A stretch of DNA of 64,000 nt, from NCBI GenBank assembly GCA_963695425.1, contig CAVOGP010000036.1:57689-121688 (forward strand), given 5' to 3'. Below are positions 19,987 through 31,040 of this stretch, one piece after another. The notes under the pieces were generated by a model, which was not told where the DNA came from, ran no database searches, and worked only from the letters and a program-made list of their open reading frames with translations. Position numbers and translations under genes: made by a program. Source of the DNA: an uncultured Alphaproteobacteria bacterium. GTDB lineage: Bacteria; Pseudomonadota; Alphaproteobacteria; Rhodobacterales; Rhodobacteraceae. The stretch's first letter is position 1; each line of letters opens with the position of its first letter.

Positions 19987-21132
19987 ATGAAACGCATGAC
20001 CCTCACCGCCGCCTTCGCCGGGGTTCTCGCAGCGTCAGCGCCTAGCACCTGGGCCGACCAGACGGCGCTTGTCCTCTACGAGACAAAGGGCAGCCAGCCG
20101 GTCCGGCAGGAAGGCCTCGCCTTCCTCGAGATCGACCCCGAGGCGCCGGACTACGGCCGCATCCTCGCGCGGATCGACCTGCCGCACGACCTGATCGGGC
20201 ATCACATCTTCTACAATCCGGCGCGCGACCGCGCCTACGTCACCGCGCTCGGCCGTTCCGAGCTCTGGGTCTTCGATGTCACGGAGTTCCCCTACCGGCC
20301 GAAGGTCGTCGCGGTGCCCGACTGCGTCGTGCTCGAGGACGTGACGTTCTCCGAGGCGCTCGGCCGGTGGTACCTCAGCTGCATGGGCAGCTCCAACGTT
20401 GTCGTCGGCGATGCCGAAACCGACGAGCCGCTGCGCACCATCGCTCTGCCGGAGCCGTATCCGCACGGCATTACGGTCAACGACGCGATCGACCGCATCC
20501 TGCTGACCAGCACCTCGAACCCGGTCGACTTCTCCGACGCGGGCGAGACGATCACCGTGCTCAGGGCCAGCACCGAGGAGGTGCTTTCGACGCACAAGGT
20601 GTCGAACCGGCCTTCGCCGTCGCGGGCGGAGCCGGTCGAGATCTTCTTCGTGCCGGGCGCCGAGCCGCCGCTCGCCTATGTCACGACGGCCACTGAGGGG
20701 ACGCTCTGGCTCGGCGAGTGGCGGCCCGAGACCGAAGAGTTCGCGTTCCGCCAGGCGTTCGACTTCGGGTCGCTCGGGCAGGGCGTGGCGCTCGAGGTCT
20801 ACTTCAACGCCGCGGGCGACCGGGCCTATGTCACCACGGCGAGCCCCGGCCACCTCAACGCCTTCGACATCGGCGACCCGCGCGAGCCACGCCACCTCTG
20901 GGCCGCCGAGGCCGGGCCGGGCGCACACCACCTGGTGTTCTCGCCCGACGGGAGCCGCGCGTATGTGCAGAACGGCCTCGCCAACATCGAGGGCATCAAC
21001 GACGGCTCGATCTCCGTCATCGACCTCGGGACCGGGACGAAGACCGGCAGCATCGACACGTTCAAGGATGCGGGTTTCACCGTGAACATGATCGCGCTGA
21101 CCCCCGAGGCCGAGGACACCCACACCCATTGA
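19987..21132 (+). CDS. Secreted YncE/YVTN-type beta-propeller with His-rich motifs and an SBP56-like N-terminus
   Basis: Signal peptide; EIDPEAPDYGRILARIDLP.DLIGHHIFYN, PYPHGI, GAHHLVFSPDG; AGGAGA RBS. Confidence 0.8.
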   Translation: MKRMTLTAAFAGVLAASAPSTWADQTALVLYETKGSQPVRQEGLAFLEIDPEAPDYGRILARIDLPHDLIGHHIFYNPARDRAYVTALGRSELWVFDVTEFPYRPKVVAVPDCVVLEDVTFSEALGRWYLSCMGSSNVVVGDAETDEPLRTIALPEPYPHGITVNDAIDRILLTSTSNPVDFSDAGETITVLRASTEEVLSTHKVSNRPSPSRAEPVEIFFVPGAEPPLAYVTTATEGTLWLGEWRPETEEFAFRQAFDFGSLGQGVALEVYFNAAGDRAYVTTASPGHLNAFDIGDPREPRHLWAAEAGPGAHHLVFSPDGSRAYVQNGLANIEGINDGSISVIDLGTGTKTGSIDTFKDAGFTVNMIALTPEAEDTHTH

Positions 21133-21297
21133 GGCCTGCCGGGCGGCGCTTCCCTGCCACCGCCGACCCTCACATGCGCGCCATCAGGCTAGCATGCTTG
21201 ATCGACTGGAGCTTGGGGAATGACCGCTGCACAACTTGTGTCCCGTTGATTAGCGCGGGGAAAGGCCTTCTGGCCAAGGCACGTCAGCCTTGAAGAA

Positions 21298-21768
21298 GTG
21301 CGCACGCTCCTGTCGCTGGCGACGCCGATCGCGCTCGTCTCGCTTGTCAACATGGCGATGAGCCTGACCGACACCGTCGTGGCGGCCGGTCTTGGCGCCG
21401 GGGCGCTCGCGTGGCGCAAGCTGCTCGGCCATGAGTTGGATGGTTCCGTCCTGGGGCTGGTTCGCCAGGCGGGCGAGACGCAGCCTGCGGAGATCGCCCC
21501 CGACGGCGCCGTCTGGGTCGGGCCCGCGCCGGTCACCGAGGAGGAGAAGCGCGCGCTTGCGCGCCTGATGCAGGACGCACGCGCCTACAGCGGCGGGGAG
21601 ACCCTGACGGTGGACCGCTCCCAGCGCGGCGGCCGTGGGTTCGACGTCTTCCTGCCCGCCGCGGGAACGACCCACAATCTCAGCGACTGCGGCGACGACG
21701 CCTGCCAGCAGGCCCCGCTTGCGTCCGACGGGCGGCGAGCCTTTTTCGTGCGGATGCCGCGTTTCTGA
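21298..21768 (+). pseudogene. Chimeric ORF: MATE N-terminal fragment fused to an unrelated C-terminus
   Basis: LLSLATPIALVSLVNMAMSLTDTVVAAGLGAGALA (MATE TM1 pattern), then soluble unrelated sequence. Confidence 0.55.
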
Positions 21769-21941
21769 GCGCCTGAGGCGAGCGCGGTGCCACTGACCCT
21801 GGGCCGGAGGCCCGGCCGTCGCGGATGCGCAAATTTTCCGTTGCAGATCAGCCGCGACCGGGGGCATTCTCCCACCTGCGCATAAGTCGTGCGGGACCGG
21901 CCCTTTCGGCCCGGATCGCACGCATGCGAGGGGAGGAACGG

Positions 21942-23093
21942 ATGGATTTCAGGATGCTGTCGACGAGCGCGCTCGTCGTCTTGGCGCAGGCCGGCACCGC
22001 GCTCGGCCAGGTCGCGGCCCTCGGCGCCCCCGAGGGCCAGGTCAACATCGTCGCCTGGCCCGGCTACATCGAGCGCGGCGAGACCGACACGGACTTCGAC
22101 TGGGTCACCAAGTTCGAGGAGGCGACCGGCTGCAAGGTCAACGTCAAGACCGCCAACACCTCGGACGAGATGGTGGCGCTGATGAACGAGGGCGGCTTCG
22201 ACCTCGTCACCGCCTCGGGCGACGCCTCGCTGCGCCTGATCGCCGGCGAGCCGGGTGCAGCCGATCAACATCGACCTCGTTCCCGTCCTGGTCCACCGTC
22301 GACGACCGCCTGAAGGACGCGCCCTGGCACACGGTCGACGGCGTCCACTACGGCGTGCCCTACATGTGGGGCCCGAACGTGCTGATGTACAACACCGAGG
22401 TCTTCAACGAGCCGCCGACCTCCTGGAACGTGGTCTTCGAGGAGATGACCCTGCCCGACGGCAAGTCCAACAAGGGCCGGGTGCAGGCCTACGACGGCCC
22501 GATCCACGTCGCCGACGCCGCCCACTACCTGATGTCCCACAAGCCCGAGCTCGGCATCACCTCGCCCTACGAGCTCAACGAGGACCAGTACAAGGCCGCG
22601 CTCGACCTGCTGCGCGCAGCAGCGCAAGCTGGTCAGCCGCTACTGGCACGACGCCTTCATCCAGATGGACGACTTCAAGAACGAGGGCGTGGTCGCCTCG
22701 GGCTCCTGGCCGTTCCAGGTCAACATCCTCCAGTCCGGAGGGCGCGCCGATCGCCAGCATCATCCCGCCGGAGGGCGCCACCGGCTGGGCCGACACCACG
22801 ATGATGCACGTCGACGCCGCGAACCCGAACTGCGCCTATCTCTGGATGGAGCACTCGCTCGCCTCGAACCTGCAGTCCGACCTCGCGGTCTGGTTCGGCG
22901 CCAACCCGCGGTGCCGGCCGCCTGCACCGACGGGCGCGGCATGCAGACCGCCGAGGGCTGCACCACCAACGGCTTCGACGATTTCGAGAAGATCCGCTTC
23001 TGGACCACCCCGGTCTCGTCCTGCCCGCAGGGCGAGTGCGTGCCCTACTACCGCTGGGTGTCGGACTACATCGGCGTCATCGGCGGCCGCTGA
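21942..23093 (+). CDS. ydcS: Polyamine ABC substrate-binding protein (YdcS-like), frameshifted
   Basis: IVAWPGYIERG, FEEATGCKVNVKTANTSDEMV, WGPNVLMYN, CVPYYRWVSDY. Confidence 0.85.
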
Positions 23094-23154
23094 TCCCCTG
23101 CGCGCCCCGTCGCACGGGTGCTCGCGCCTCGTGCAGGGGGCGTCCGCCAGGACC

Positions 23155-24154
23155 ATGACGCTGCCGTCGAATTCCAGAACGTCTCCCGCCACTTCGGCGC
23201 GGTGCGCGCGGTCGACGGCGTCGACCTCGCCATCGCCGACGGCGCGTTCTTCGCCATGCTCGGCCCGTCGGGCTCGGGCAAGACCACCTGCCTGCGGCTG
23301 ATCTCGGGCTTCGAGCAGCCGACGGCCGGCCAGATCCGCATCTTCGGCGAGGACGTGTCGAGGACGTGCCGCCCAACCGGCGCAACGTCAACACGGTCTT
23401 CCAGGACTACGCGCTCTTCCCGCACCTGAACGTGCGCGACAACGTCGCCTACGGCCTGATGGTCAAGGGCGTCGGCCGAAGGCCGAGCGCCACGCCAGCG
23501 CCGAGGAGATGCTCGCGCTGGTCAAGCTCGACGGCTACGGCGACCGCAGGCCCGGCCAGCTCTCCGGCGGCCAGCGCCAGCGGGTGGCGCTGGCCCGCGC
23601 GCTGGTCAACCGACCCGAGCGTGCTGCTGCTCGACGAGCCGCTCGGCGCGCTCGACCTCAAGCTGCGCGAGGCGATGCAGGACGAGCTGAAGGCGCTGCA
23701 GACAGCGGCTCGGCATCACCTTCGTCTTCGTCACCCACGACCAGGACGAGGCGCTGTCGATGGCCGACCGGCTCGCGGTCTTCAACGAGGGCCGCATCGC
23801 CCAGATCGGCACCCCGCAGGAGATCTACGAGCGCCCGGCGCACGCGTTTCGTCGCCGATTTCGTCGGCTCCTCGAACGTCCTGCCGCCCGAGATGACGCC
23901 GCGCGCTCGGCGGCCGCGAGGCCTGGGCGAGCCTGCGCCCCGAGGCGACTGCGCCTTGCCGACGCACCGGGCCGCGGCTGCCGGGCACGGTCGCGGCACT
24001 GCGCTATCTCGGCTCCGGCACCCGCGTCGTGCTCGACGCCGGCGGCACCGAGATCGCCGCCGTGGTGCCCGCCGGCCAGCCGGTCCCGCGCCGACGGCGC
24101 CCGCGTCGGCCTCGCCTGGGACCCGCGGCGCTGCACCTGATGGAGGCCGCCTGA
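23155..24154 (+). CDS. ydcT: Polyamine ABC ATP-binding protein, frameshifted
   Basis: [41 protein letters not shown]. Confidence 0.85.
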
Positions 24155-25109
24155 TGGCGGCGCAGCCGCCCTGCGCACGCAGCCGGTGCGCCATCGCCGG
24201 CCGGCTGCTCCGACCTGCCTCTGGCGCCGGCCGCGGCTGCTGCTGGCGCTCCTGCTCGCGCCGCCGCTGCTGTGGCTCGGCGTCGTCTACCTCGGCTCGC
24301 TCGCGGCGCTGCTGCTCCAGAGCTTCTTCTCGATCGACGAGTTCTCCGGCCTGGTCGACCGACGAGTTCACGCTCAAGACCTATGGCGAGCTGTCTCGCG
24401 CCCGCACAACCTCGACATCATCCTGCGCACCGTCGTCGATGGCCGCCGCCGTGACGCTGGCCTGCGCCGTGATCGCCTTCCCGATCGCCTACTACGCCGC
24501 GCGCTACGCCCGGGGCCGCTGGAAGGCGCTGTTCTACCTCGGCGTCATGCTGCCGCTCTGGTCGAGCTACCTGGTCAAGGTCTACGCCTGGAAGCTGATC
24601 CTCGCCAAGGAGGGCATCGTCACCTGGGCCGCCGACGGCACCGGCACCTCGGCTGGCTGCTCGACGGCGTGCTGTCGCTGCCGGTGATCGGCGGCACGTC
24701 GCTGTCGATCTCGCTACATCGGCACCTTCCTGGTCTTCGTCTACGTCTGGCTGCCGTACATGATCCTGCCGATGCAGGCCGCGCTCGAGCGGGTGCCCGA
24801 ACTCGATGATCGAGGCCTCGGCCGACCTCGGCGCGACGCCCGGCCAGACCTTCCGCACCGTGATCCTGCCGCTGGCCCTGCCGGGCGTCGTCGCCGGCTC
24901 GATCTTCACCTTCTCGCTGACGCTCGGCGACTACATCATCCCGCAGATCATCGGCAACTCCGCCGCCTTCATCGGCAGGCGGTCTACCAGCTAGCAGGGC
25001 ACCGCCGGCAACATCCCGCTGGCCGCCGCCTTCGCCGTGGTGCCGATCGCTCATCATGGTGGTCTACCTGGCGCTCGCCAGGCGGCTGGGGGCCTTCGAT
25101 GCGCTCTGA
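24154..25109 (+). CDS. ydcU: Polyamine ABC permease, frameshifted
   Basis: [35 protein letters not shown]. Confidence 0.85.
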
Positions 25110-25912
25110 ACGCCCGCGCCCTGCTCGGCCTCGAAGATCGCCGCCGCGGCCGGGCCTGCTGTTCCTGCACCTGCCGATCCTGCTGATCTTCCTCTACGCC
25201 TTCACCACCGAGGAGCGCAGCTACCAGTTCCCGCCGCCCGGCCTGACCCCGCAATGGTTCGCCGTCGCCTGGAACCGCGCCGGACATCTGGCCGCCGCTC
25301 TAGCCTGTCGCTGCGGTCGCCGCCATCTCGACGCTGCTCGCGCTCATCCTCGGCACGCTGGTCGCCGCCGCCATGGCGCGCGCGCGCTTCTTCGGCCGCG
25401 AGGCGATCTCGCTGCTGATCATCCTGCCGATCGCGCTGCCCGGCATCATCACCGGCATCTCGCTGCGCTCGGCCTTCGACCTGGTGGACATCCCGTTCTC
25501 GACCTGGACCATCGTCCTCGGCCACGCGACCTTCTGCATCGTCGTCGTCTACAACAACGCCGTCGCCCGCTTCCGCCGCCTCTCCGGCTCGCTCATCGAG
25601 GCCTCGATGGACCTCGGCGCCAACGGCTTCCAGACCTTCCGCCACGTCATCCTGCCGAACCTCGGCACGGCGCTGCTGGCCGGCGGCATGCTGGCCTTCG
25701 CGCTGTCCTTCGACGAGGTGATCGTCACCACCTTCACCGCCGGCCAGCAGGCGACCCTGCCGATCTGGATGCTCAAGGAACTGGTGCGCCCGCGCCAGCG
25801 CCCGGTCACCAACGTGGTCGCCATCGTCGTCGTTGCTGGTGACGCTTCTGCCGATCCTCGTCGCCTACTACCTCACCCGCGGCGGCGAGACATCGCCGGG
25901 CATGGAAAGTGA
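25099..25912 (+). CDS. ydcV: Polyamine ABC permease, frameshifted
   Basis: [32 protein letters not shown]. Confidence 0.85.
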
Positions 25913-26023
25913 CGAGGGTGGACGTTCAGGAAAAATTATTGAAGATAAATCTCAGTCACATCAATGCGCTGCCGGGAATTGCACGCGTGCAAGGCCCGCT
26001 TTGCACACCCAGAAGGAGGACGG

Positions 26024-27445
26024 ATGGACACCGCGCTGCTGATCGGCGACCGCATTGAGGCCGGCCAGGGCGAGGCCGAGACGATGCTGAACCCCCGCAC
26101 CGGCGCGACGATCCTCGAGGTGCCCGAGGCCTCGCCCGCCCAGGTCGACGCCGCCGTCGCCGCCGCCCGCGGCGCTTTCGACGCCTGGTCGCGCACCACG
26201 CCCGCCGAACGCTCCGCCGCACTCCTCAAGATCGCCGACCGCATCGAGGCCGAGGCCGACGCCTTCGCCGCCCTCGAGGCGCTGAACTGCGGCAAGCCGA
26301 TCAACGCCGCCCTCAACGACGAGATCCCGGCGATCGTCGACTGCTACCGCTTCTTCGCCGGCGCCGTGCGCTGCCAGCACGGCGCCGTCGCCGGCGAATA
26401 CCTCTCCGGCCACACCTCGATGATCCGCCGCGATCCGGTCGGCGTCGTCGCCTCGATCGCGCCGTGGAACTACCCGCTGATGATGATGGCCTGGAAGCTC
26501 GCCCCGGCGATCGGCGGCGGCAACACCGTCGTCTTCAAGCCCTCCGAGCAGACGCCGCTGACCGCGCTGAAGCTGGCCGCATCCTGGCCGACGTGCTGCC
26601 CGAGGGCGTCGTCAACGTCGTCACCGGCCGCGGCCACACCGTCGGCAGCGACCTGATCAACCACCCCGCGGTCGACATGATCTCGCTCACCGGCGACATC
26701 GCCACCGGCAAGAAGATGCTCGAGGCCGCCGCCAAGTCGGTCAAGCGCACCCATCTGGAGCTCGGCGGCAAGGCCCCGGTCATCGTCTTCGACGATGCCG
26801 ACATCGACGCCGTGGTCGACGGCCTGCGCGCCTTCGGCTTCTACAACGCCGGCCAGGACTGCACCGCCGCCTGCCGCGTCTATGCCGGCGAAGGTCTACG
26901 AGAACCTGGTCGCCGACCTCTCCGCCGCCGTCGCCGCCATCACGCTCGACGCCGCGGACGACACGACCAACGAGATCGGCCCGCTGATCAGCCCGCGCCA
27001 GCGCGACCGCGTCGCCGGCTTCGTCGATCGCGCCCGCGAGCTCAACCACGTCGAGGTCACCACCGGCGGCACGTCCGGGGCCAACGGCTTCTACTACGCC
27101 CCGACCGTCGTCGCCGGCGCGCTGCAGGACGACGAGATCGTGCGCCGCGAGGTCTTCGGCCCGGTGGTCTCGGTCACCCGCTTCTCGGAGGTCGACGACG
27201 CGGTCGCCTGGGCCAACGACAGCGACTACGGCCTCGCCTCGTCGGTCTGGACCCGCGACGTCGGCCGTGCCATGGCGACCGCCGCCCGCCTGCGCTACGG
27301 CTGCACCTGGATCAACACCCACTTCATGCTGATCAACGAGATGCCGCATGGCGGGCTGAAGCAGTCCGGCTACGGCAAGGACATGTCCGCCTACGCGCTC
27401 GAGGACTACACCGTCCCGCGCCACGTCATGATCAGGCACGGCTGA
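26024..27445 (+). CDS. patD: Gamma-aminobutyraldehyde dehydrogenase, with frameshifts near 26580 and 26890
   Basis: [49 protein letters not shown]; follows ydcSTUV. Confidence 0.88.
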
Positions 27446-27472
27446 GACCTCACCAGAACAGGAAGTCCGCCC

Positions 27473-28219
27473 ATGTATGAAATCGCCGGGAAAGTCGCCG
27501 TCATCACCGGCGGCACGCGCGGCATCGGCCTCGCGATCGCGCGCCATGTGCTGGACGCGGGCGGCAAGGTCGTCGTCAACGGCCGTGCCGCTACCGAGGA
27601 GGCCGAGGCGCTGGTCGCCGTCCACGGGGCCGACCGGGCGGCGGTGGAGGTTGCCGATGTCTCGCAGCCGGAGGCGGCCGCGGCCCTGGTCGCGGCCGCG
27701 GTGGAACGGTTCGGGCGGCTCGACATGCTGGTGCATTCAGCGGGCGGGCCGGCGCCGGGTACGGTGCTGGCGCAGACGCCCGAAGCGTGGATGGAGGCCT
27801 TCGCGGTCCATGTCCATCCGGTGTTCCACCTGTTCCGGGCGGCGCATCCCTGGCTGGCGCGCGAGGGCGGGGCGGTGCTGCTGATCTCGTCGGTCGCGGG
27901 GCTGCGCGGCTGTCCGGGGACGGTGGCGTACCAGACGGTCAAGGGCGCGCTGATCCCGCTGGCAAAGGCGCTGGCCTTCGATCATGCGGCCGAGGGGATC
28001 CGCGTCAACGTGCTGGCGCCGGGCATCATCCGCACCCGCTTCCATCAGGCGATGACCGAGACGGCAAAGGCCCACAACCTCGCCAACCGCATTCCGCTGC
28101 GCAAGGAGGGCAGCGTGGATGACGTGGCGGAGGGGGCGATGGCGATGCTGTGCAACGAATTCATCACCGGGGAGATCCTGACCATCGACGGCGGCATGTC
28201 GATGCGGATCACGGGGTAG
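27473..28219 (+). CDS. SDR family oxidoreductase
   Basis: TGGTRGIG, YQTVK (YxxxK), IRVNVLAPG. Confidence 0.9.
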   Translation: MYEIAGKVAVITGGTRGIGLAIARHVLDAGGKVVVNGRAATEEAEALVAVHGADRAAVEVADVSQPEAAAALVAAAVERFGRLDMLVHSAGGPAPGTVLAQTPEAWMEAFAVHVHPVFHLFRAAHPWLAREGGAVLLISSVAGLRGCPGTVAYQTVKGALIPLAKALAFDHAAEGIRVNVLAPGIIRTRFHQAMTETAKAHNLANRIPLRKEGSVDDVAEGAMAMLCNEFITGEILTIDGGMSMRITG

Positions 28220-28366
28220 CGGGTAGAGCCGCTCGCGGGAATGCGCACGCCGGACGCACAGAATGCGCGGCCTGTCCGCGCGCGGACAGACCGCGCAACT
28301 CATTGACTTCATTCAATAAGATGCGCTGCCGTTAACGGGTCGGAAACTTCGGTTAACCCGCGCCGG

Positions 28367-29494
28367 TCAGTAGACCACGACCGAGCGGATGCTTTCCCCG
28401 GCATGCATCAGGTCGAAGCCCTTGTTTATGTCCTCCAGCTTCAACAGATGGGTGATCATCGGGTCGATCTGGATCTTGCCCTCCATGTACCAGTCGACGA
28501 TCTTCGGCACGTCGGTCCGCCCGCGCGCGCCGCCGAAGGCGGTGCCCTTCCAGGTGCGGCCAGTGACGAGCTGGAACGGCCGGGTGGAAATCTCCGCCCC
28601 CGCCGGCGCCACGCCGATCACCACCGAGGTGCCCCATCCGCGGTGTGCGCATTCCAGCGCCGCCCGCATGACCTTCACATTTCCGGTGCAGTCGAAGGTG
28701 TAGTCCGCCCCGCCGATCTGGTCGGCGCCGCGCTTCGTCATGTTGACGATATGGGGCACGATCTCGTCGCCCACTTCGGCGGCGTTGACGAAATGGGTCA
28801 TGCCGAACTTCTCGCCCCATACCTTGCGGGCCGGGTTGAGGTCCACCCCGATGATCATGTCGGCGCCGGCGAGCTTCAACCCCTGGATCACGTTCAGCCC
28901 GATGCCGCCCAGCCCGAACACCACTGCCTTGGCGCCGATCTCGACCTTGGCGGTGTTGATGACTGCGCCTACGCCGGTGGTGACCCCGCAGCCGATGTAG
29001 CAGATCTTGTCGAACGGCGCGTCCTCGCGCACCTTCGCCACCGCGATCTCCGGCAGCACTGTGAAGTTCGAGAAGGTCGAGCAGCCCATGTAGTGGAAGA
29101 TCGGCTTGCCATCGAGCGAGAAGCGCGAGGTGCCGTCGGGCATGAGCCCCTGGCCCTGTGTCGCCCGGATCGCTGTGCAGAGGTTGGTCTTGCGCGACAG
29201 GCATGACGGGCATTCGCGGCACTCGGGCGTGTAGAGCGGGATCACGTGATCGCCGGGCTTTACCGACATGACGCCGGGGCCTACCTCGACCACGACCCCC
29301 GCACCCTCATGGCCGAGGATCGCCGGGAACAGGCCCTCCGGGTCGGCGCCCGACAGGGTGAACTCGTCGGTGTGGCAGATGCCGGTGGCCTTGATCTCGA
29401 CCATCACCTCGCCGGCCCGCGGCCCGGCAAGCTCGACATCGACGATCTCCAGCGGCGCGCCGGCCTTCATGGCGATTGCAGCTCGGCTTCGCAT
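28367..29494 (-). CDS. frmA: S-(hydroxymethyl)glutathione dehydrogenase (class III alcohol dehydrogenase)
   Basis: GICHTD, GHEGAG, YTPECRECPSC, STRPFQLVTGRTWKGTAFGG; strong GGGAGGAG RBS. Confidence 0.95.
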   Translation of the reverse strand: MRSRAAIAMKAGAPLEIVDVELAGPRAGEVMVEIKATGICHTDEFTLSGADPEGLFPAILGHEGAGVVVEVGPGVMSVKPGDHVIPLYTPECRECPSCLSRKTNLCTAIRATQGQGLMPDGTSRFSLDGKPIFHYMGCSTFSNFTVLPEIAVAKVREDAPFDKICYIGCGVTTGVGAVINTAKVEIGAKAVVFGLGGIGLNVIQGLKLAGADMIIGVDLNPARKVWGEKFGMTHFVNAAEVGDEIVPHIVNMTKRGADQIGGADYTFDCTGNVKVMRAALECAHRGWGTSVVIGVAPAGAEISTRPFQLVTGRTWKGTAFGGARGRTDVPKIVDWYMEGKIQIDPMITHLLKLEDINKGFDLMHAGESIRSVVVY

Positions 29495-29553
29495 GCGTCT
29501 CCTCCCATGCCCAGTAAACAGGGGCCGCACCGGACCGCCCCATCCACCGCTCA

Positions 29554-29760
29554 GTGCACGGCATCCCGGCCCGCCAGTCCAGCCCTTTCGCACGCTGGCC
29601 TATGCACGGAATTGCGGCCGGCCTCGCGTTCGCGACTTCGGCGGCAGCAGGCGCTGCGGCGGAGTTCGATGACCCGGACTGGCCCTGCATCCAGCGCAAG
29701 GTGCCGGAGATGTCGATCGGCCTGACGTGGGCGGGACCGGTTCCGGATGCCCCGCCGCTC
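29554..29760 (+). pseudogene. N-terminal remnant of a secreted 'DPDWPCIQRKVP' protein
   Basis: Signal-like stretch then EFDDPDWPCIQRKVPEMSIGLTWAGP; ends where the peptidase gene's 3' end begins. Confidence 0.5.
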
Positions 29761-30910
29761 AAGCGCCGGGGCGGGACGCCCGACGGTATGGGGCGCTCAC
29801 CCGATGAAGAGTCAGGGTGCGGTCGAAGCTGGTGAGCGAGTCCGACCCGTCCCGGGTCACGAGGACGTCGTCTTCGATGCGCACGCCGATGTCGCCCTTG
29901 CGGTACAGGCCCGGCTCGACGGTGAAGACCATGCCGGGCTCCATCGCCTGCTCGTTTCCGATCATCACCTGGGGCGCCTCGTGCACATCGAGGCCGAGCC
30001 CGTGCCCGGTCTTGTGGATGATGAGATCGGCGAAGCCGGCCTCGCGCATGCGCTCGGTGACGCGCCGGTCGAGGGTGTCGAGGGTCATCGGCGGCGCAGC
30101 GATGGCGCGGCCGAGCTCATTGGCGGCGCGTACCGCCTCGTAGATCTCGCGGTGCTCGGAAGACGCGGAGCCGACGAAGAAGGTGCGGGTTATGTCGGCA
30201 GCGTAGCCGCCCGAGAGTGCGCCGAAATCGACGAGCAGCGGCTTGCCCTCCTCCAGCCGGCGCTCGGCGCTCGGGGCGCCGTGGGGGTCCGCCGACGCCG
30301 CGCCGGTAAGCACGATCGGCGCGAAGGAAAGCCCGTCGGCACCGCCGGCGAGCATTTCCGCCACCAGGCGCTGGGCGAAGGCGGTCTCGCTCATGCCTGC
30401 CGCCGCTTGGGCAAGCGTCTTGGCAAGTGCCGCCTCGCTGATCGCGATGGCCCGGCGCAGGGCCGCGACCTCGGTCGCGTCCTTGTGCAAGCGCATGTGC
30501 GAGATTTCGGCATGGGCATCGACGATTGCGGCTTGGGGGAACGCGCGACGCAGGGCCTCGGCCTCGAAGACCCGCATCCGCTGGCCCTCGACCCCGATGC
30601 GACCGGGTGAGAGGCGCGCGGCGAGCTGGCGGAAGGCATCAGCGTAGCCATCGGAATCCTGCCAGTAGACGGTTTCCACTCCGGGCACGCCGGCCTCCCA
30701 GCGGGTCCGCTCCAGCAGGGGCATCAGGGCGTGCAGCGGTCCCTCGCGGGTCACCAGGATGAGCGTAGGACGCTCCATCAGGTGGAACTGCGCTCCGGTG
30801 AGGAAGTAGAAATTCGGTCCCGGCACGATCGCAGCGACATCGAGCCCGGCCCGGTCCATGTCCTCGCGCAGCCGCGCTAGCCGGCCGGGCGCCCCTTCCC
30901 TCTCACTCAT
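29759..30910 (-). CDS. Xaa-Pro peptidase family protein (M24B)
   Basis: DFG...GYAADITRT, HKTGHGLGLDVHE, TVEPGLY, GVRIEDD. Confidence 0.92.
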   Translation of the reverse strand: MSEREGAPGRLARLREDMDRAGLDVAAIVPGPNFYFLTGAQFHLMERPTLILVTREGPLHALMPLLERTRWEAGVPGVETVYWQDSDGYADAFRQLAARLSPGRIGVEGQRMRVFEAEALRRAFPQAAIVDAHAEISHMRLHKDATEVAALRRAIAISEAALAKTLAQAAAGMSETAFAQRLVAEMLAGGADGLSFAPIVLTGAASADPHGAPSAERRLEEGKPLLVDFGALSGGYAADITRTFFVGSASSEHREIYEAVRAANELGRAIAAPPMTLDTLDRRVTERMREAGFADLIIHKTGHGLGLDVHEAPQVMIGNEQAMEPGMVFTVEPGLYRKGDIGVRIEDDVLVTRDGSDSLTSFDRTLTLHRVSAPYRRASRPGA

Positions 30911-31040
30911 CAGTTTCCCTCCGACCCTATTGCGCAGCGAATGTATTATCCCCTAACGTCCATCGCCAGAGGAAAGCCGGAACGGCCGGGGGGCTATCGT
31001 GAAATATCGCCGAGAGCCGTTTCATCTCAGGGAGAAAAAT

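Noticed and set aside
9400-19990. CcsR/cuckoo sRNA arrays downstream of the DUF1127 genes
   Set aside because: No repeated CCTCCTCCC hairpins seen after either gene
19987-21132. Calling the propeller a true methanethiol oxidase (MtoX)
   Set aside because: Only N-terminal resemblance; TTQ residues could not be verified and mauG/sco are absent
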